Virus record (IMG/VR): IMGVR_UViG_3300042465_005589
Span: 186,001 to 250,000 of that record
Length of the DNA: 64,000 nt
Direction: 5' to 3' (one strand)
Part shown: piece after piece, positions 8,490-17,805 of the stretch
Layout: the number at the start of each line of letters is the position of its first letter
Position numbering within the stretch: the first letter of the stretch is position 1
The notes under the pieces: generated by a model
The model's database searches: none
What the model was told of the DNA's origin: nothing
What the model saw: only the letters and a program-made list of their open reading frames with translations
Made by a program: the position numbers and the translations under genes

Positions 8490-9311
8490 ATGAAATACGT
8501 AAATGAAAATTCAAATAAAGGGATTGTAAACCTATTCGCAGACTTTTTAGTAAAAGAGATAAACAAAACCAATCAATATGATGTTGTTATTGAAGTTACC
8601 GATTGTGGTAAATTTTTCATAGTAAATGGATTAACCAATTCAGATAAAATATTGGATATGGTAATCATTAAAGAGGGATTCTATAAAGAATATCAATCCT
8701 TAATGGAAGAGTTTGGATATAAAAATTTAAATATTATTGATGTTATTATATATAATACTGAATTATCCAAAAAACTTGAATATATTTTTGATTTCCATAA
8801 TTCTTCACGACCAATATATCATTCAGGTATAATCAAAGATTTAATTGATAATCCCCAACCTAAATTTAATTCAATATCGTATAATAACAATAGATTAGAA
8901 TACGAATTAGATTATTCTGAAGATGACACCTCTAATTTAAATTATTACACATACTCACCATTAAATATTTCATCGGAGTTTCCTCACGGATATAGTTTAA
9001 GTATGGGTAGACAAGAGTTATACTATTCAGAATACATCTGTAATCAATTATTTGATGTACTACTAACAGACAAGTTAACTTTTAAATATTCTTCCGTTAA
9101 AGTGGACGATGATAATCAAATTGACATTGTTAGTAATTCAATACATCCGAAAAAAGATATCATATCAATGGTGTTAGATGTTTTTGATTTTGATATGTTG
9201 GTGTTTAATAATAAAATTGAAGATTACGATATAATTGAAGACACCACTTTACCATTTGATAAAAAACCTTGGCTAACAAGAGATAAAATTAAAGACCTTA
9301 TATTATTTTAA
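8490..9311 (+). CDS. Divergent S-adenosylmethionine synthetase (MetK)-like protein, truncated
   Basis: VNLFADFLV...VIEVTD....IVNG.T.S...LD parallels the MetK N-domain (DQISDAIL...ACET...V.GE.TT); FPHGYS parallels MFGYA; only 273 aa. Confidence 0.45.
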   Translation: MKYVNENSNKGIVNLFADFLVKEINKTNQYDVVIEVTDCGKFFIVNGLTNSDKILDMVIIKEGFYKEYQSLMEEFGYKNLNIIDVIIYNTELSKKLEYIFDFHNSSRPIYHSGIIKDLIDNPQPKFNSISYNNNRLEYELDYSEDDTSNLNYYTYSPLNISSEFPHGYSLSMGRQELYYSEYICNQLFDVLLTDKLTFKYSSVKVDDDNQIDIVSNSIHPKKDIISMVLDVFDFDMLVFNNKIEDYDIIEDTTLPFDKKPWLTRDKIKDLILF

Positions 9312-9313
9312 AA

Positions 9314-9342
9314 AGAAAATCCCCAATCAAGGGGATTTTTTT
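9314..9342. terminator. Bidirectional terminator between convergent genes
   Basis: aaaatcccc aatcaa ggggatttt with A/T tracts on both sides. Confidence 0.8.
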
Positions 9343-9625
9343 ATTTTCCAAAATGTTCTTTAATTATGTCAATACCTTCATCAATTTCATTAAAATCTCT
9401 TTCAGGTGCGAATAAATAACTCTTTGGTGATTCATCCGGAGATTCTACAATCATAAATGCCGGTACAAATTCGTTTTCAGTAATTTCAACAAACATATCG
9501 TATTCATCTTTGTGTTCGTTTATATCTCTTATAACAAACCCAATGTCATTTTTAATAAGTTGTTCCTTCATCATATCACAATATGGACAACCTTTCATCG
9601 TGAAAAGAATCAGTAACTTATCCAT
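9341..9625 (-). CDS. Glutaredoxin/thioredoxin-fold protein
   Basis: FTMKGCPYC active site; cis-Pro motif FVPAF. Confidence 0.85.
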   Translation of the reverse strand: MDKLLILFTMKGCPYCDMMKEQLIKNDIGFVIRDINEHKDEYDMFVEITENEFVPAFMIVESPDESPKSYLFAPERDFNEIDEGIDIIKEHFGK

Positions 9626-9941
9626 TGATTAAATTAGTCACTAATTGTTTAATTTGTGATTCCATTTGCATTCCCGGTTGAGAATAAACTTCTTTACCTG
9701 CGGAAAATGATTTAACTGTTGGAATTGCTCTAATACCTAATTGAGCGGCAAATTCTTTATTTTCCTCAACATTCAATGTGAATAATTGAACTTCTGAATT
9801 TTCATTTCTGTATTGTTCGGAAACTTTTTCAAACGCTGGTTTCATAACTTTACAAGGTCCACACCATGGCGCCCAAAAGTCCACTACTAATTTTTCACCA
9901 TTGTTAATTTTTTCCTGTAATAATTCTTGTGTAATTTCCAT
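9618..9941 (-). CDS. trxA: Thioredoxin
   Basis: VVDFWAPWCGPCK...GIRAIPT. Confidence 0.95.
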   Translation of the reverse strand: MEITQELLQEKINNGEKLVVDFWAPWCGPCKVMKPAFEKVSEQYRNENSEVQLFTLNVEENKEFAAQLGIRAIPTVKSFSAGKEVYSQPGMQMESQIKQLVTNLING

Positions 9942-9943
9942 TC

Positions 9944-10264
9944 TTAATCTTTTTTTGTTAATCGTTTTATTTGTAGTAATAAATACTCTACTACGTTTTG
10001 TTTATCCACCTTTGTTAAAATAAATATCTTGGTTTTTGACTTCCGTAAAATTAAAATACCAGTCGCATCATATTCATATAATCTATCTTTATAAACTATC
10101 TCATGTTCATTATTTACAAAATAGTCAAACCATAGTAAAAGTGATTTATTTAATAATTTATCTGTATCTTCATTAGACATATTTGGATACACCTCTACAA
10201 TATTAGGGTAACTCTTAAACCTTTCTTTAAAGGTATCTATACAATTTTGTGGTATTTCTATCAT
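9944..10264 (-). CDS. Hypothetical protein
   Basis: 106-aa ORF tiled within the operon. Confidence 0.7.
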   Translation of the reverse strand: MIEIPQNCIDTFKERFKSYPNIVEVYPNMSNEDTDKLLNKSLLLWFDYFVNNEHEIVYKDRLYEYDATGILILRKSKTKIFILTKVDKQNVVEYLLLQIKRLTKKD

Positions 10265-10265
10265 T

Positions 10266-12020
10266 TTAAAATCCTAAATCGTTCTCATCATTATAGACAG
10301 GAACAAGGTTATAATTATTATACGAATTTAATTTCATAATTGAATCGTTTTCCCAACATAACCCCAATTTAGTTACATCTTTTCCTGTCTTAGTCACCGA
10401 ATATGTTTTCACACTCATAGTACCCCAATCAGAGAACAATTCTTTATTTTTAAACTCACCCTTAATTTGTAAGGTATCAAACAAATCCTCATATTGGTAA
10501 ATTTTATTATCCAATTTGACTAACACTTCATTCCAACTCTCATCTAAACTACGATTGTGTTTACCCAAAGTTTGAACTCTCTCTAAATCAAAAGTATTAT
10601 GTAGTGAAGGTAAAGTTATACGATATTCAATTGACGCTCTCTCTTCCGTTTCACCCTCACCTCGTCTCATAGAGATTAATAAAGAATCCACTCGTCTAAC
10701 ATATGTCTTAACACAATTGGACTGGAATGATGACTCATTGTTGTATCGTTTGGATGTTGTCAATACCTCCGGGAAGTACGGACCATCTTTGGTTAAGATA
10801 ACCTCATTCACCTTATCCACAAACTCTTGGTTGTAAATTCTAGTAAAGTCACCATTGGTATAATGGTTGTATTTCTCCGACCAATCGTAGTGTTCTTGAA
10901 CAAACTCATCGTGAGTTCTTGATGTCCATTTAACTGTCTCCATTTGGTCTAACAAACGATAAAATCTAAAGTGGTCTTCAATCACATTGTAGTTAATCAA
11001 TCCTTTTTGAAATAATTTAAATATCTCAAAAAAATTGGAGAACTCTTTTTTAGTTAATAATCCTTTTCCAATATTATTATGAAATGTACTTTGTTTATTA
11101 TGTTCCAATAATAATTGGACAAACTCATCCGGTTGATTTAAAATAAACTTCTCACCAAATATTGAACAAGCGTTATTAAAATTAAGAACACCCTCAAATG
11201 ATTTAACGTTATGTAATACCCTTTTAACCTTATCCCCCTTTAATCCGTTAACCCTCATTAGAGCATCAATATACTTATAGTCACACTTCACCAAATCTTT
11301 CTTCTTTGGTTGGGGATAGACATTCATAAGTTCAAACCAATTGTTTGGAACTTTGGTTCCTTGAGCATCCAAATATCTTTTGTAGATTCTTTGTTCAGGA
11401 AGTAAGTCGGCATATAATTCAGTTCCGGGAATGGCATTCACAAAGGTTGAGATTACCTGATTAATAATTGTTGGGACATCCACCACTTTTTTATCAACTA
11501 TTGAGTTCAACGAATCTCGTAAATGTCGTCTCATATTATTAATAGGGTCACTATTAAATAAAACTCTTCTAATTTTTTTACGACATTTTGTTTTCAAATG
11601 ATAATTCTGTAATGAACCGGTATATAACGCATTTGTTTTATAGTTGAATGTAATGAACTGACATTTAGTTCTTAATTTAAACCACTTACCCGCAACACGT
11701 CTTGTTTTACTATAATCAAATATCTTAAAAGAAACTTTATCATTCTCTTTAGTCACACAAATAATTACCCTGTTCAAATATAATTGAGTCAGTGGGTTTC
11801 CGTAATGTTCTACGAATTTTTCTTCTGTATCATAATCCGCATTAAAAGTATAGTCACCCCAAGGCGTATAACTTGTATGTCTACCAGAACTTAAACTAGT
11901 TTCTATTGTCCCCCAAAAATCATCCTCAACTTCTTTTTTAAGAGGTCGAATAGGATTGGTATCCAAGTATTCAGATACTTGATACTTCTTTACGGTATAG
12001 TTAAATAATTCTTCTTTCAT
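10266..12020 (-). CDS. PcfJ-like domain protein
   Basis: C-terminal LTTSKRYNNESSFQSNCVKTYV...ASIEY...QTLGKHN resembles PcfJ (E...Q.[HN]CV..Y); start moved to 12020, after the promoter at 12039-12070. Confidence 0.6.
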   Translation of the reverse strand: MKEELFNYTVKKYQVSEYLDTNPIRPLKKEVEDDFWGTIETSLSSGRHTSYTPWGDYTFNADYDTEEKFVEHYGNPLTQLYLNRVIICVTKENDKVSFKIFDYSKTRRVAGKWFKLRTKCQFITFNYKTNALYTGSLQNYHLKTKCRKKIRRVLFNSDPINNMRRHLRDSLNSIVDKKVVDVPTIINQVISTFVNAIPGTELYADLLPEQRIYKRYLDAQGTKVPNNWFELMNVYPQPKKKDLVKCDYKYIDALMRVNGLKGDKVKRVLHNVKSFEGVLNFNNACSIFGEKFILNQPDEFVQLLLEHNKQSTFHNNIGKGLLTKKEFSNFFEIFKLFQKGLINYNVIEDHFRFYRLLDQMETVKWTSRTHDEFVQEHYDWSEKYNHYTNGDFTRIYNQEFVDKVNEVILTKDGPYFPEVLTTSKRYNNESSFQSNCVKTYVRRVDSLLISMRRGEGETEERASIEYRITLPSLHNTFDLERVQTLGKHNRSLDESWNEVLVKLDNKIYQYEDLFDTLQIKGEFKNKELFSDWGTMSVKTYSVTKTGKDVTKLGLCWENDSIMKLNSYNNYNLVPVYNDENDLGF

Positions 12021-12038
12021 CAGGTTTATTTTGAACCA

Positions 12039-12070
12039 CAAAAGTAAGACATTAAATTTAGATATACAAA
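12039..12070 (-). promoter_or_regulatory. Bacteroidetes-type promoter (TTTG-N20-TACTTTTG)
   Basis: caaaagta 12039-12046 and caaa 12067-12070. Confidence 0.7.
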
Positions 12071-12361
12071 TTAATTAAGGGAAAAGTGAGCGAATTTTGT
12101 GTGATAAATTATGGACTTAATCTTATCCATATCAACCTCATCGTTCTGAGATTGTTTAAGAGCCACAACTATAGATATGATTTGTTTTTGAGTTAAGGAA
12201 ACATCCTCACCATTATCAATATTATTTAAAGATTGTTGTTTTACTCTGTCGTAGAAGTCATCCTTCAAAACATCCCCAATTAACTCAAGTAAGTCATTGG
12301 GGTTGTTGTTAAAGAAAGTTATAAATTGATTAATGTAGATTTCAACGTCAACATTTTTCAT
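12071..12361 (-). CDS. Hypothetical protein
   Basis: 96-aa ORF. Confidence 0.7.
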   Translation of the reverse strand: MKNVDVEIYINQFITFFNNNPNDLLELIGDVLKDDFYDRVKQQSLNNIDNGEDVSLTQKQIISIVVALKQSQNDEVDMDKIKSIIYHTKFAHFSLN

Positions 12362-12384
12362 TTGTTTATTTTTAAGTATTAGTA

Positions 12385-13743
12385 TTAGTTAAAATAATAG
12401 AACCCCATTCCTTCATCTGTCAATCGTTCTTTTAATTTCTCAGGAATTTTAACATTCGGATTACTATCCTTTAAATTAATAAATGCCAATTCAGGTAAAG
12501 TCATTAAACATTCGGGCAACGATTCTAATTGTTTGTTATTTGGTAACGCCAAGAAATTTAATAATTTTAAATTACAGATTGAATCAGGAATACTTTTACA
12601 AATCTTCTCTAATTTTAACGCTTCTAAATTTTTAAATCTTCCAATAGATTCCGGAACCACCAACGCAATATCCTCGTTTGATTTATTACTAATTAATAAT
12701 CTTTCAATCGTGTCCGGTAAACTATCAAATAATTCATCAAAACCATATAACGCAATGAATTTACCGGCAGCATTATCAGGGTATGCAATATCCACAACAT
12801 TACCTGAACCACCTTTAACCAATCCTTTCGCAAACTGTGGTTTAAAATATTCTTTAAGTTCTTCACCTTTACCATTTAAAAATTCAACCAAATTAATTTG
12901 TCTGTCTCTCCTATCCATATATTGGTTTGAAGGGAAGTGAAATTGATATCTTTCTTTAGGTAATCCAGTCTTCTTACCAAATTCCGTAGCATTATTAGGT
13001 AAAATAACATATAATGGACCGTCTTTAATATAAGTGTAGAAATAACTACCACCAACGTTTGACGTACACCAATTAGTTTCATCAAACTCATCTCTCGTAT
13101 CGTAGTAACCACCAAAGTAATCAGCCGCAGCGTCACCAATTTTTGTTTTATCCTCTATTTTAACAATAGTCCAATTAGGACCAACGAAATCAATAGTAGA
13201 CCCTTCAAATTTATAAGGGTTTTCTTTAGTAATTCTTTCTTCTTTTGCCGATTTAGAATCTTTAGTTAATTTGAATTCATCAACCGCTAATGATAAAGTT
13301 TGAGGAGTATACTTATTAATGTCTCTTTCACCTACAGGTAATCTACTTTTAAATCTTTCAAATTTTAGTAAATCAACATTTAACTTATCCATATCTTCTA
13401 TGAATAAACGTCGATATTCTTTAGCGTTTTGCTTATATTCCGGAGTACCTACTTCATCTTCTAATTTAGGTTGAATAAAGTTCTTCAACATCCATTGAAC
13501 ATATTTACCAACATGTATTTTACCCATGTCTTCAAAAGTCGCACTTTCTTTATCAAACCCTTGAGGGACAGTTGTTGAAGGGTCCCCAAAGATAATATTC
13601 TTTAATGTTTCAAAATCCATAGCGCCTTTAGGTTTTTCACCAGGTTTTCTTGGTTTGTCAGAAGGTTTCACCAATTTGTCATATAAGACTTGGAAACGTG
13701 ATTGTTCTGTAATTAAAGTTGATAGTGTATTAGTTAGTCTCAT
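12385..13743 (-). CDS. Putative head-packaged protein with WCT-motif domain and C-terminal leucine-rich repeats
   Basis: Leader MRLTNTLSTLITEQ; TNWCTS...YFYTYIKDGPLYVI...RYQFHF; LRRs VPESIGRFKNLEALKL / IPDSICNLKLLNFLAL / LPECLMTLPELAFINL; late motif at 13759-13766. Confidence 0.75.
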   Translation of the reverse strand: MRLTNTLSTLITEQSRFQVLYDKLVKPSDKPRKPGEKPKGAMDFETLKNIIFGDPSTTVPQGFDKESATFEDMGKIHVGKYVQWMLKNFIQPKLEDEVGTPEYKQNAKEYRRLFIEDMDKLNVDLLKFERFKSRLPVGERDINKYTPQTLSLAVDEFKLTKDSKSAKEERITKENPYKFEGSTIDFVGPNWTIVKIEDKTKIGDAAADYFGGYYDTRDEFDETNWCTSNVGGSYFYTYIKDGPLYVILPNNATEFGKKTGLPKERYQFHFPSNQYMDRRDRQINLVEFLNGKGEELKEYFKPQFAKGLVKGGSGNVVDIAYPDNAAGKFIALYGFDELFDSLPDTIERLLISNKSNEDIALVVPESIGRFKNLEALKLEKICKSIPDSICNLKLLNFLALPNNKQLESLPECLMTLPELAFINLKDSNPNVKIPEKLKERLTDEGMGFYYFN

Positions 13744-13818
13744 TTTAATTGTTTTTATTATAAATATTTGTTTTTTCTAAATAATTCGCCAAAACCCATT
13801 TACTTTTGTTCAGCGGGA

Positions 13819-13826
13819 CAAAGATA
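13819..13826 (-). promoter_or_regulatory. Bacteroidetes-type -7 element TATCTTTG
   Basis: caaagata on the plus strand; only TTG at the -33 position. Confidence 0.5.
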
Positions 13827-13849
13827 ACGCTTATTTTTTGATATCCAAT

Positions 13850-14698
13850 TTATTTTCTATAATTCATAATTAGTAATTCTTCCCCCATGTTCTGAACTTT
13901 ACCTTTCTTAGCCGCAGCAGCTTTAGCAAATTCTTTCTTCTCCCAAACATATTGAAGAGGAGGGAACCAAGTATGTAATTGTGGGAAATCATAATACGAT
14001 AATGAGAACTTCCCCTGAATACCTTTTAGACAATCAGCTAATCTCTCGTGGTCTTTACTATCAAAGTCGTGGTTGTTATAATAGTTCTCTGTCTTCCAAT
14101 ATGGGGGGTCAGCGTAAACATAAGTAGATGGTCCATCATACTTTTGAATAACATCTTGAAAGTCTAAATTTTCAACTTTAGTAATCTTTAAGAAATGTTC
14201 CACCCAATCCGGTTTAGATAACTTATCTCTGAAGGTAAGATACTTTGATTTATATTTCCCTTTCAAGTCTATAAATGAACTTGTTTCCGGTTTAGACCCT
14301 GAGAATACCTGAGCTAGTACATAAGCGTATTTAGCTGCAACCTGATAATCGTAAGCCTCTACCCTGAAATCTGTTTTAAATATTTCAGCTTGGAAGCTGA
14401 TAAATTGTTCTTTATAGATGTCCGGTGTTGGGAACTCATCTCTTTGTTGACACGGAATTGAGTTAACAACCTCTAACAATCTCTCAGGATTCTGAAGACA
14501 TTGAAATAAATTATAATTAAGTGGATTGAAGTCGTTATATACAACTTCTTTTAAGTTTGGGTATTTGGTTAGGTCCATATTAAAGAACACCCAAAACATA
14601 CCTGAAAATGGTTCCACGTATGTTTCAATGTCTTGAGGTATGAATGGAACAATCCACTTACCTATTTTTGATTTTCCCCCGATGTATGATAATGCCAT
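13850..14698 (-). CDS. dam: DNA adenine methyltransferase (D12/Dam class)
   Basis: SYIGGKSK, YVEPFSG, YNDFN, YADPPY. Confidence 0.92.
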   Translation of the reverse strand: MALSYIGGKSKIGKWIVPFIPQDIETYVEPFSGMFWVFFNMDLTKYPNLKEVVYNDFNPLNYNLFQCLQNPERLLEVVNSIPCQQRDEFPTPDIYKEQFISFQAEIFKTDFRVEAYDYQVAAKYAYVLAQVFSGSKPETSSFIDLKGKYKSKYLTFRDKLSKPDWVEHFLKITKVENLDFQDVIQKYDGPSTYVYADPPYWKTENYYNNHDFDSKDHERLADCLKGIQGKFSLSYYDFPQLHTWFPPLQYVWEKKEFAKAAAAKKGKVQNMGEELLIMNYRK

Positions 14699-14790
14699 AA
14701 TTTTCTTTTTTTAAAGTATAAGAAATAAAAAGTGAAAAAGCAAGTTTCTCTTTCATTTTTTTTCACTATACTTATTTAAAATATATTATT

Positions 14791-14994
14791 ATGGAAACAA
14801 TCGAAGGACAAATTATTGAGGAAAAGGATATTATTTACGCCACTCCTGAACAACCTAAAAAAGAATGTAAATCTTGCAAACGTAAAACATTATCAAAAAC
14901 ACATTGGACGATGGTAATATCATCAGTTTATTTATTATTCGCATCAATATACGGGACTATTAAATTAGTTGAGAAAATAATAAGTCTTTTTTAA
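14791..14994 (+). CDS. Small membrane protein with CxxC
   Basis: KECKSC followed by one hydrophobic helix. Confidence 0.65.
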   Translation: METIEGQIIEEKDIIYATPEQPKKECKSCKRKTLSKTHWTMVISSVYLLFASIYGTIKLVEKIISLF

Positions 14995-15908
14995 TTACGT
15001 TTAAATTTAACGTGTAACTTAACAAATAAGTCACCCGTATTATGAAACCCTTTAGATTTTACTCTAAGGGGTTTTTCTGTATCAAACTCTTCAGGTAATT
15101 TTATTGACATAACACCTTTAGGATGTTTCAAGTCTAATTTTTCATTTTTTAATGTATTCAAATCAAAATAAGCATTATAAATTAAATCATCCCCCGATTT
15201 TTCAAAATTATCTTCAGGAGCAACTTTAACTCTAATTACCAAATTACCATACACACCATTAACATAATCACCTTTACCCTGTAATTTTAAAAATTGACCC
15301 TCATCAATTCCATGTGGGAGTTTAATTGTAACTGTTTCAGTTTTAGTTGATGTTGTTTCACCATTACATGAACCACACACAGTTTTATATGAGAATCCTT
15401 TTCCACCACATGAATTACACGTTTGTCTTATAAGTTGGACAAATAATCCGGAACCCACTCTTTGAGTTATAAACCCTTCTCCACCACACGAAGTACAATT
15501 TATTCTTTCACCACCATTACCATTACATGGTTCACACTTATGTTTTCTATTATATGTAAAAGTTTTTTCCGAACCGTTATACGATTCTATAACACCTATT
15601 TTAACTTCAATAACCTTATCAGGTGCCGACCTTCTTCTTTGTTGGTGAAAATGATTCTGAAACATATCCTCAAAAGGATTAAATCCTCCACCACCCATAT
15701 TAGAAAATGGATTATTTTTTTGACTATCATATTGTCTTCGTTTATTATCATCACCTATCGTATCATAAGCTTCCGATATTTTTTTAAATGTCTCTTCATT
15801 ACCCCCTTTATCAGGATGGTGTTCAATCGCTAATTTACGATATGCCTTTTTAATCTCATCTTGAGTTGCGTTTTCATTTACACCTAGTGTTTGATAAAAA
15901 TTCTCCAT
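14991..15908 (-). CDS. dnaJ: DnaJ co-chaperone
   Basis: J domain with HPD, G/F-rich linker, four CxxCxGxG zinc-finger motifs, C-terminal domain. Confidence 0.95.
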   Translation of the reverse strand: MENFYQTLGVNENATQDEIKKAYRKLAIEHHPDKGGNEETFKKISEAYDTIGDDNKRRQYDSQKNNPFSNMGGGGFNPFEDMFQNHFHQQRRRSAPDKVIEVKIGVIESYNGSEKTFTYNRKHKCEPCNGNGGERINCTSCGGEGFITQRVGSGLFVQLIRQTCNSCGGKGFSYKTVCGSCNGETTSTKTETVTIKLPHGIDEGQFLKLQGKGDYVNGVYGNLVIRVKVAPEDNFEKSGDDLIYNAYFDLNTLKNEKLDLKHPKGVMSIKLPEEFDTEKPLRVKSKGFHNTGDLFVKLHVKFKRN

Positions 15909-15963
15909 ACTTATTTACTTATATTTAATATAAAACTAACTTATTTATTATTATATATCCAAC

Positions 15964-16605
15964 ATGAACTATCAGATAGTATTATTCAAAAATAAAACAA
16001 AAAAGAAAATAATCAATAAATTTAAGACTCATAAAAGGGCAAATAATTATTTTGAATCTCTAATAAATGTTAGCGATTCAGTAATTTTTGATAGGAAGTA
16101 CGAAAATGGTATTGAATGTAGTTATGAAATAGCATTAATTGAAAAAACTTCGGGAACTTTTCTTCCAATTTTTTTAAAAGATGAATTTGGTAGAAAAATT
16201 AAAGTGAGTTTGGATGATGATGATTTTACTATTTTAAAAATAATGAAATATCGAATTGAGGAATCATTTTTAGATTATTCAAAAAATAAAAAAATTACTT
16301 TAAATGAATTATTAAAAACTTATCTAAAACAAGATGGTCTTAAATTAATATCCAAATTGAACAATAAAATAATTATTCAAAATGATGATAAATTTAAATT
16401 ATTCACCTTTAAAAATAATGACGATGGTATAAGGTTTATAGATAATTTATCCAGTCATTTTATAAACGAAAAAAGATACGACTGTATGTTTGTTAAAGAT
16501 TATACAACATCACAAAGAAAATACCTGTATGATTTATTAGTTGAAAATGGGTTTTCTAAGAATTATTTGATTCGACATTCGACGACTCATCCAATAAAAA
16601 CATAA
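15964..16605 (+). CDS. Hypothetical protein
   Basis: 213-aa ORF; TATTTAT at 15942-15948. Confidence 0.75.
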   Translation: MNYQIVLFKNKTKKKIINKFKTHKRANNYFESLINVSDSVIFDRKYENGIECSYEIALIEKTSGTFLPIFLKDEFGRKIKVSLDDDDFTILKIMKYRIEESFLDYSKNKKITLNELLKTYLKQDGLKLISKLNNKIIIQNDDKFKLFTFKNNDDGIRFIDNLSSHFINEKRYDCMFVKDYTTSQRKYLYDLLVENGFSKNYLIRHSTTHPIKT

Positions 16606-16807
16606 ATTCATTACCCGATATCTCTATTTTAAATTGTTTGTGTAAACGGTCAATTTCTCTAAAATTTTCTTGAACTTTTTTAAACTCAACTTCTTTTAAT
16701 TCAAAAGCTATTGCCATTTTCCCATTAGGGAATAATTCATCAGCAGCATCTGCAATCATTGCTAATTTTTCAATTATCCCATCAATACTTTTTTGATTCT
16801 CTGCCAT
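16556..16807 (-). CDS. Hypothetical protein
   Basis: Operon tiling. Confidence 0.65.
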   Translation of the reverse strand: MAENQKSIDGIIEKLAMIADAADELFPNGKMAIAFELKEVEFKKVQENFREIDRLHKQFKIEISGNEFMFLLDESSNVESNNS

Positions 16808-16968
16808 AACGTTAATTTCTTAGGTGGTTTTGGAAGAATATCTTCCCTTTTTAATTTTTTAATATTTTCAATTAATTTTGATTTTTCTTGGTCAAGGACA
16901 ATTTTATCCTTTGTTAACTCATTCTGTAACCACTCGAGTTGTTGTAAGCTCTTCTTCATTATCTTCAA
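16774..16968 (-). CDS. Small coiled-coil protein
   Basis: Operon tiling; C-terminal KLTLWQRIKKVL amphipathic helix. Confidence 0.6.
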   Translation of the reverse strand: MKIMKKSLQQLEWLQNELTKDKIVLDQEKSKLIENIKKLKREDILPKPPKKLTLWQRIKKVLMG

Positions 16969-17356
16969 GTTTTAATTTAGTTAATTGTTTAGTCTTTAAA
17001 TCAAATTTTAAATTTTGTAAACTTTCTAAATTTTGTTTTTCAAAAATACTTTTTAATTCATCAACTTTGTTTTGAAACAATTTATCTTTTTCTTCTCTCT
17101 CAAGATTATACTTAATAATATTTTGTAAATTTTCTGTCACTTGTTCAATATCGTTTTCATTTATTTCAGCAACAAATGAAAAAGTACGATTACCAGGAAC
17201 CTTATTCTCCTGTTCCATTACTTTGTCTTCTTGGACATATTTTTTAGGTAGTTTCCACGATATCGGAAAACTAATATCAAACGATAAATATTTTTCAATC
17301 TTTCTTACTGATTGAATATAGGGTAATAACTCCGAAAATTCTTTATACAAACTCAT
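16919..17356 (-). CDS. Hypothetical coiled-coil protein
   Basis: 145-aa ORF. Confidence 0.7.
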   Translation of the reverse strand: MSLYKEFSELLPYIQSVRKIEKYLSFDISFPISWKLPKKYVQEDKVMEQENKVPGNRTFSFVAEINENDIEQVTENLQNIIKYNLEREEKDKLFQNKVDELKSIFEKQNLESLQNLKFDLKTKQLTKLKLEDNEEELTTTRVVTE

Positions 17357-17358
17357 AA

Positions 17359-17547
17359 TTAATTTTTAATAATATAGGTTAAACAATACGATATTGCCAA
17401 TCCAAGATAAATAAGTTCCCCTTTATTCCATAAGAATCTCTTTGGTGGGTTTGAGAACAGGGAACTTACCAATCTAGCAACTGTTCTAAAAACAGTTAAA
17501 ACTGAAAAGATAAATACAAATAAAAAAATTGTATCAATACTATCCAT
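17359..17547 (-). CDS. Small two-helix membrane protein
   Basis: Two hydrophobic segments. Confidence 0.65.
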   Translation of the reverse strand: MDSIDTIFLFVFIFSVLTVFRTVARLVSSLFSNPPKRFLWNKGELIYLGLAISYCLTYIIKN

Positions 17548-17723
17548 TACTCGTCTTTTTTTCTTTCAGATAAAATCTCTTTTCTCAAGACATCTAATAA
17601 TTTTTTCAAATCTTGTGCAGATTTTCGTGCTCTTGTTCCTGCACTTTTATTACCTCCAAAAAATTTTGAAGTATCGACTGATAACTCTTCGGTTAAAGAT
17701 TTAATTTGTTCTAATGTTTCCAT
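17547..17723 (-). CDS. Histone H1-like protein Hc1 family, 58 aa
   Basis: Manual translation METLEQIKSLTEELSVDTSKFFGGNKSAGTRARKSAQDLKKLLDVLRKEILSERKKDE; signature GNKSAGTRARK; missed by the ORF track. Confidence 0.85.
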   Translation of the reverse strand: METLEQIKSLTEELSVDTSKFFGGNKSAGTRARKSAQDLKKLLDVLRKEILSERKKDE

Positions 17724-17805
17724 TTCAAATTGTGTTAATTAATTTATTTTTAATACTTATAAAGTAATTTTTTTAATCGTATAGTAAACACTATAAAGGA
17801 TTTTT

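Noticed and set aside
13758-13799. 13-codon ORF MGFGELFRKNKYL between the -7 element and the WCT-LRR gene
   Set aside because: Too short to support; expected by chance; could be a leader peptide but there is no evidence
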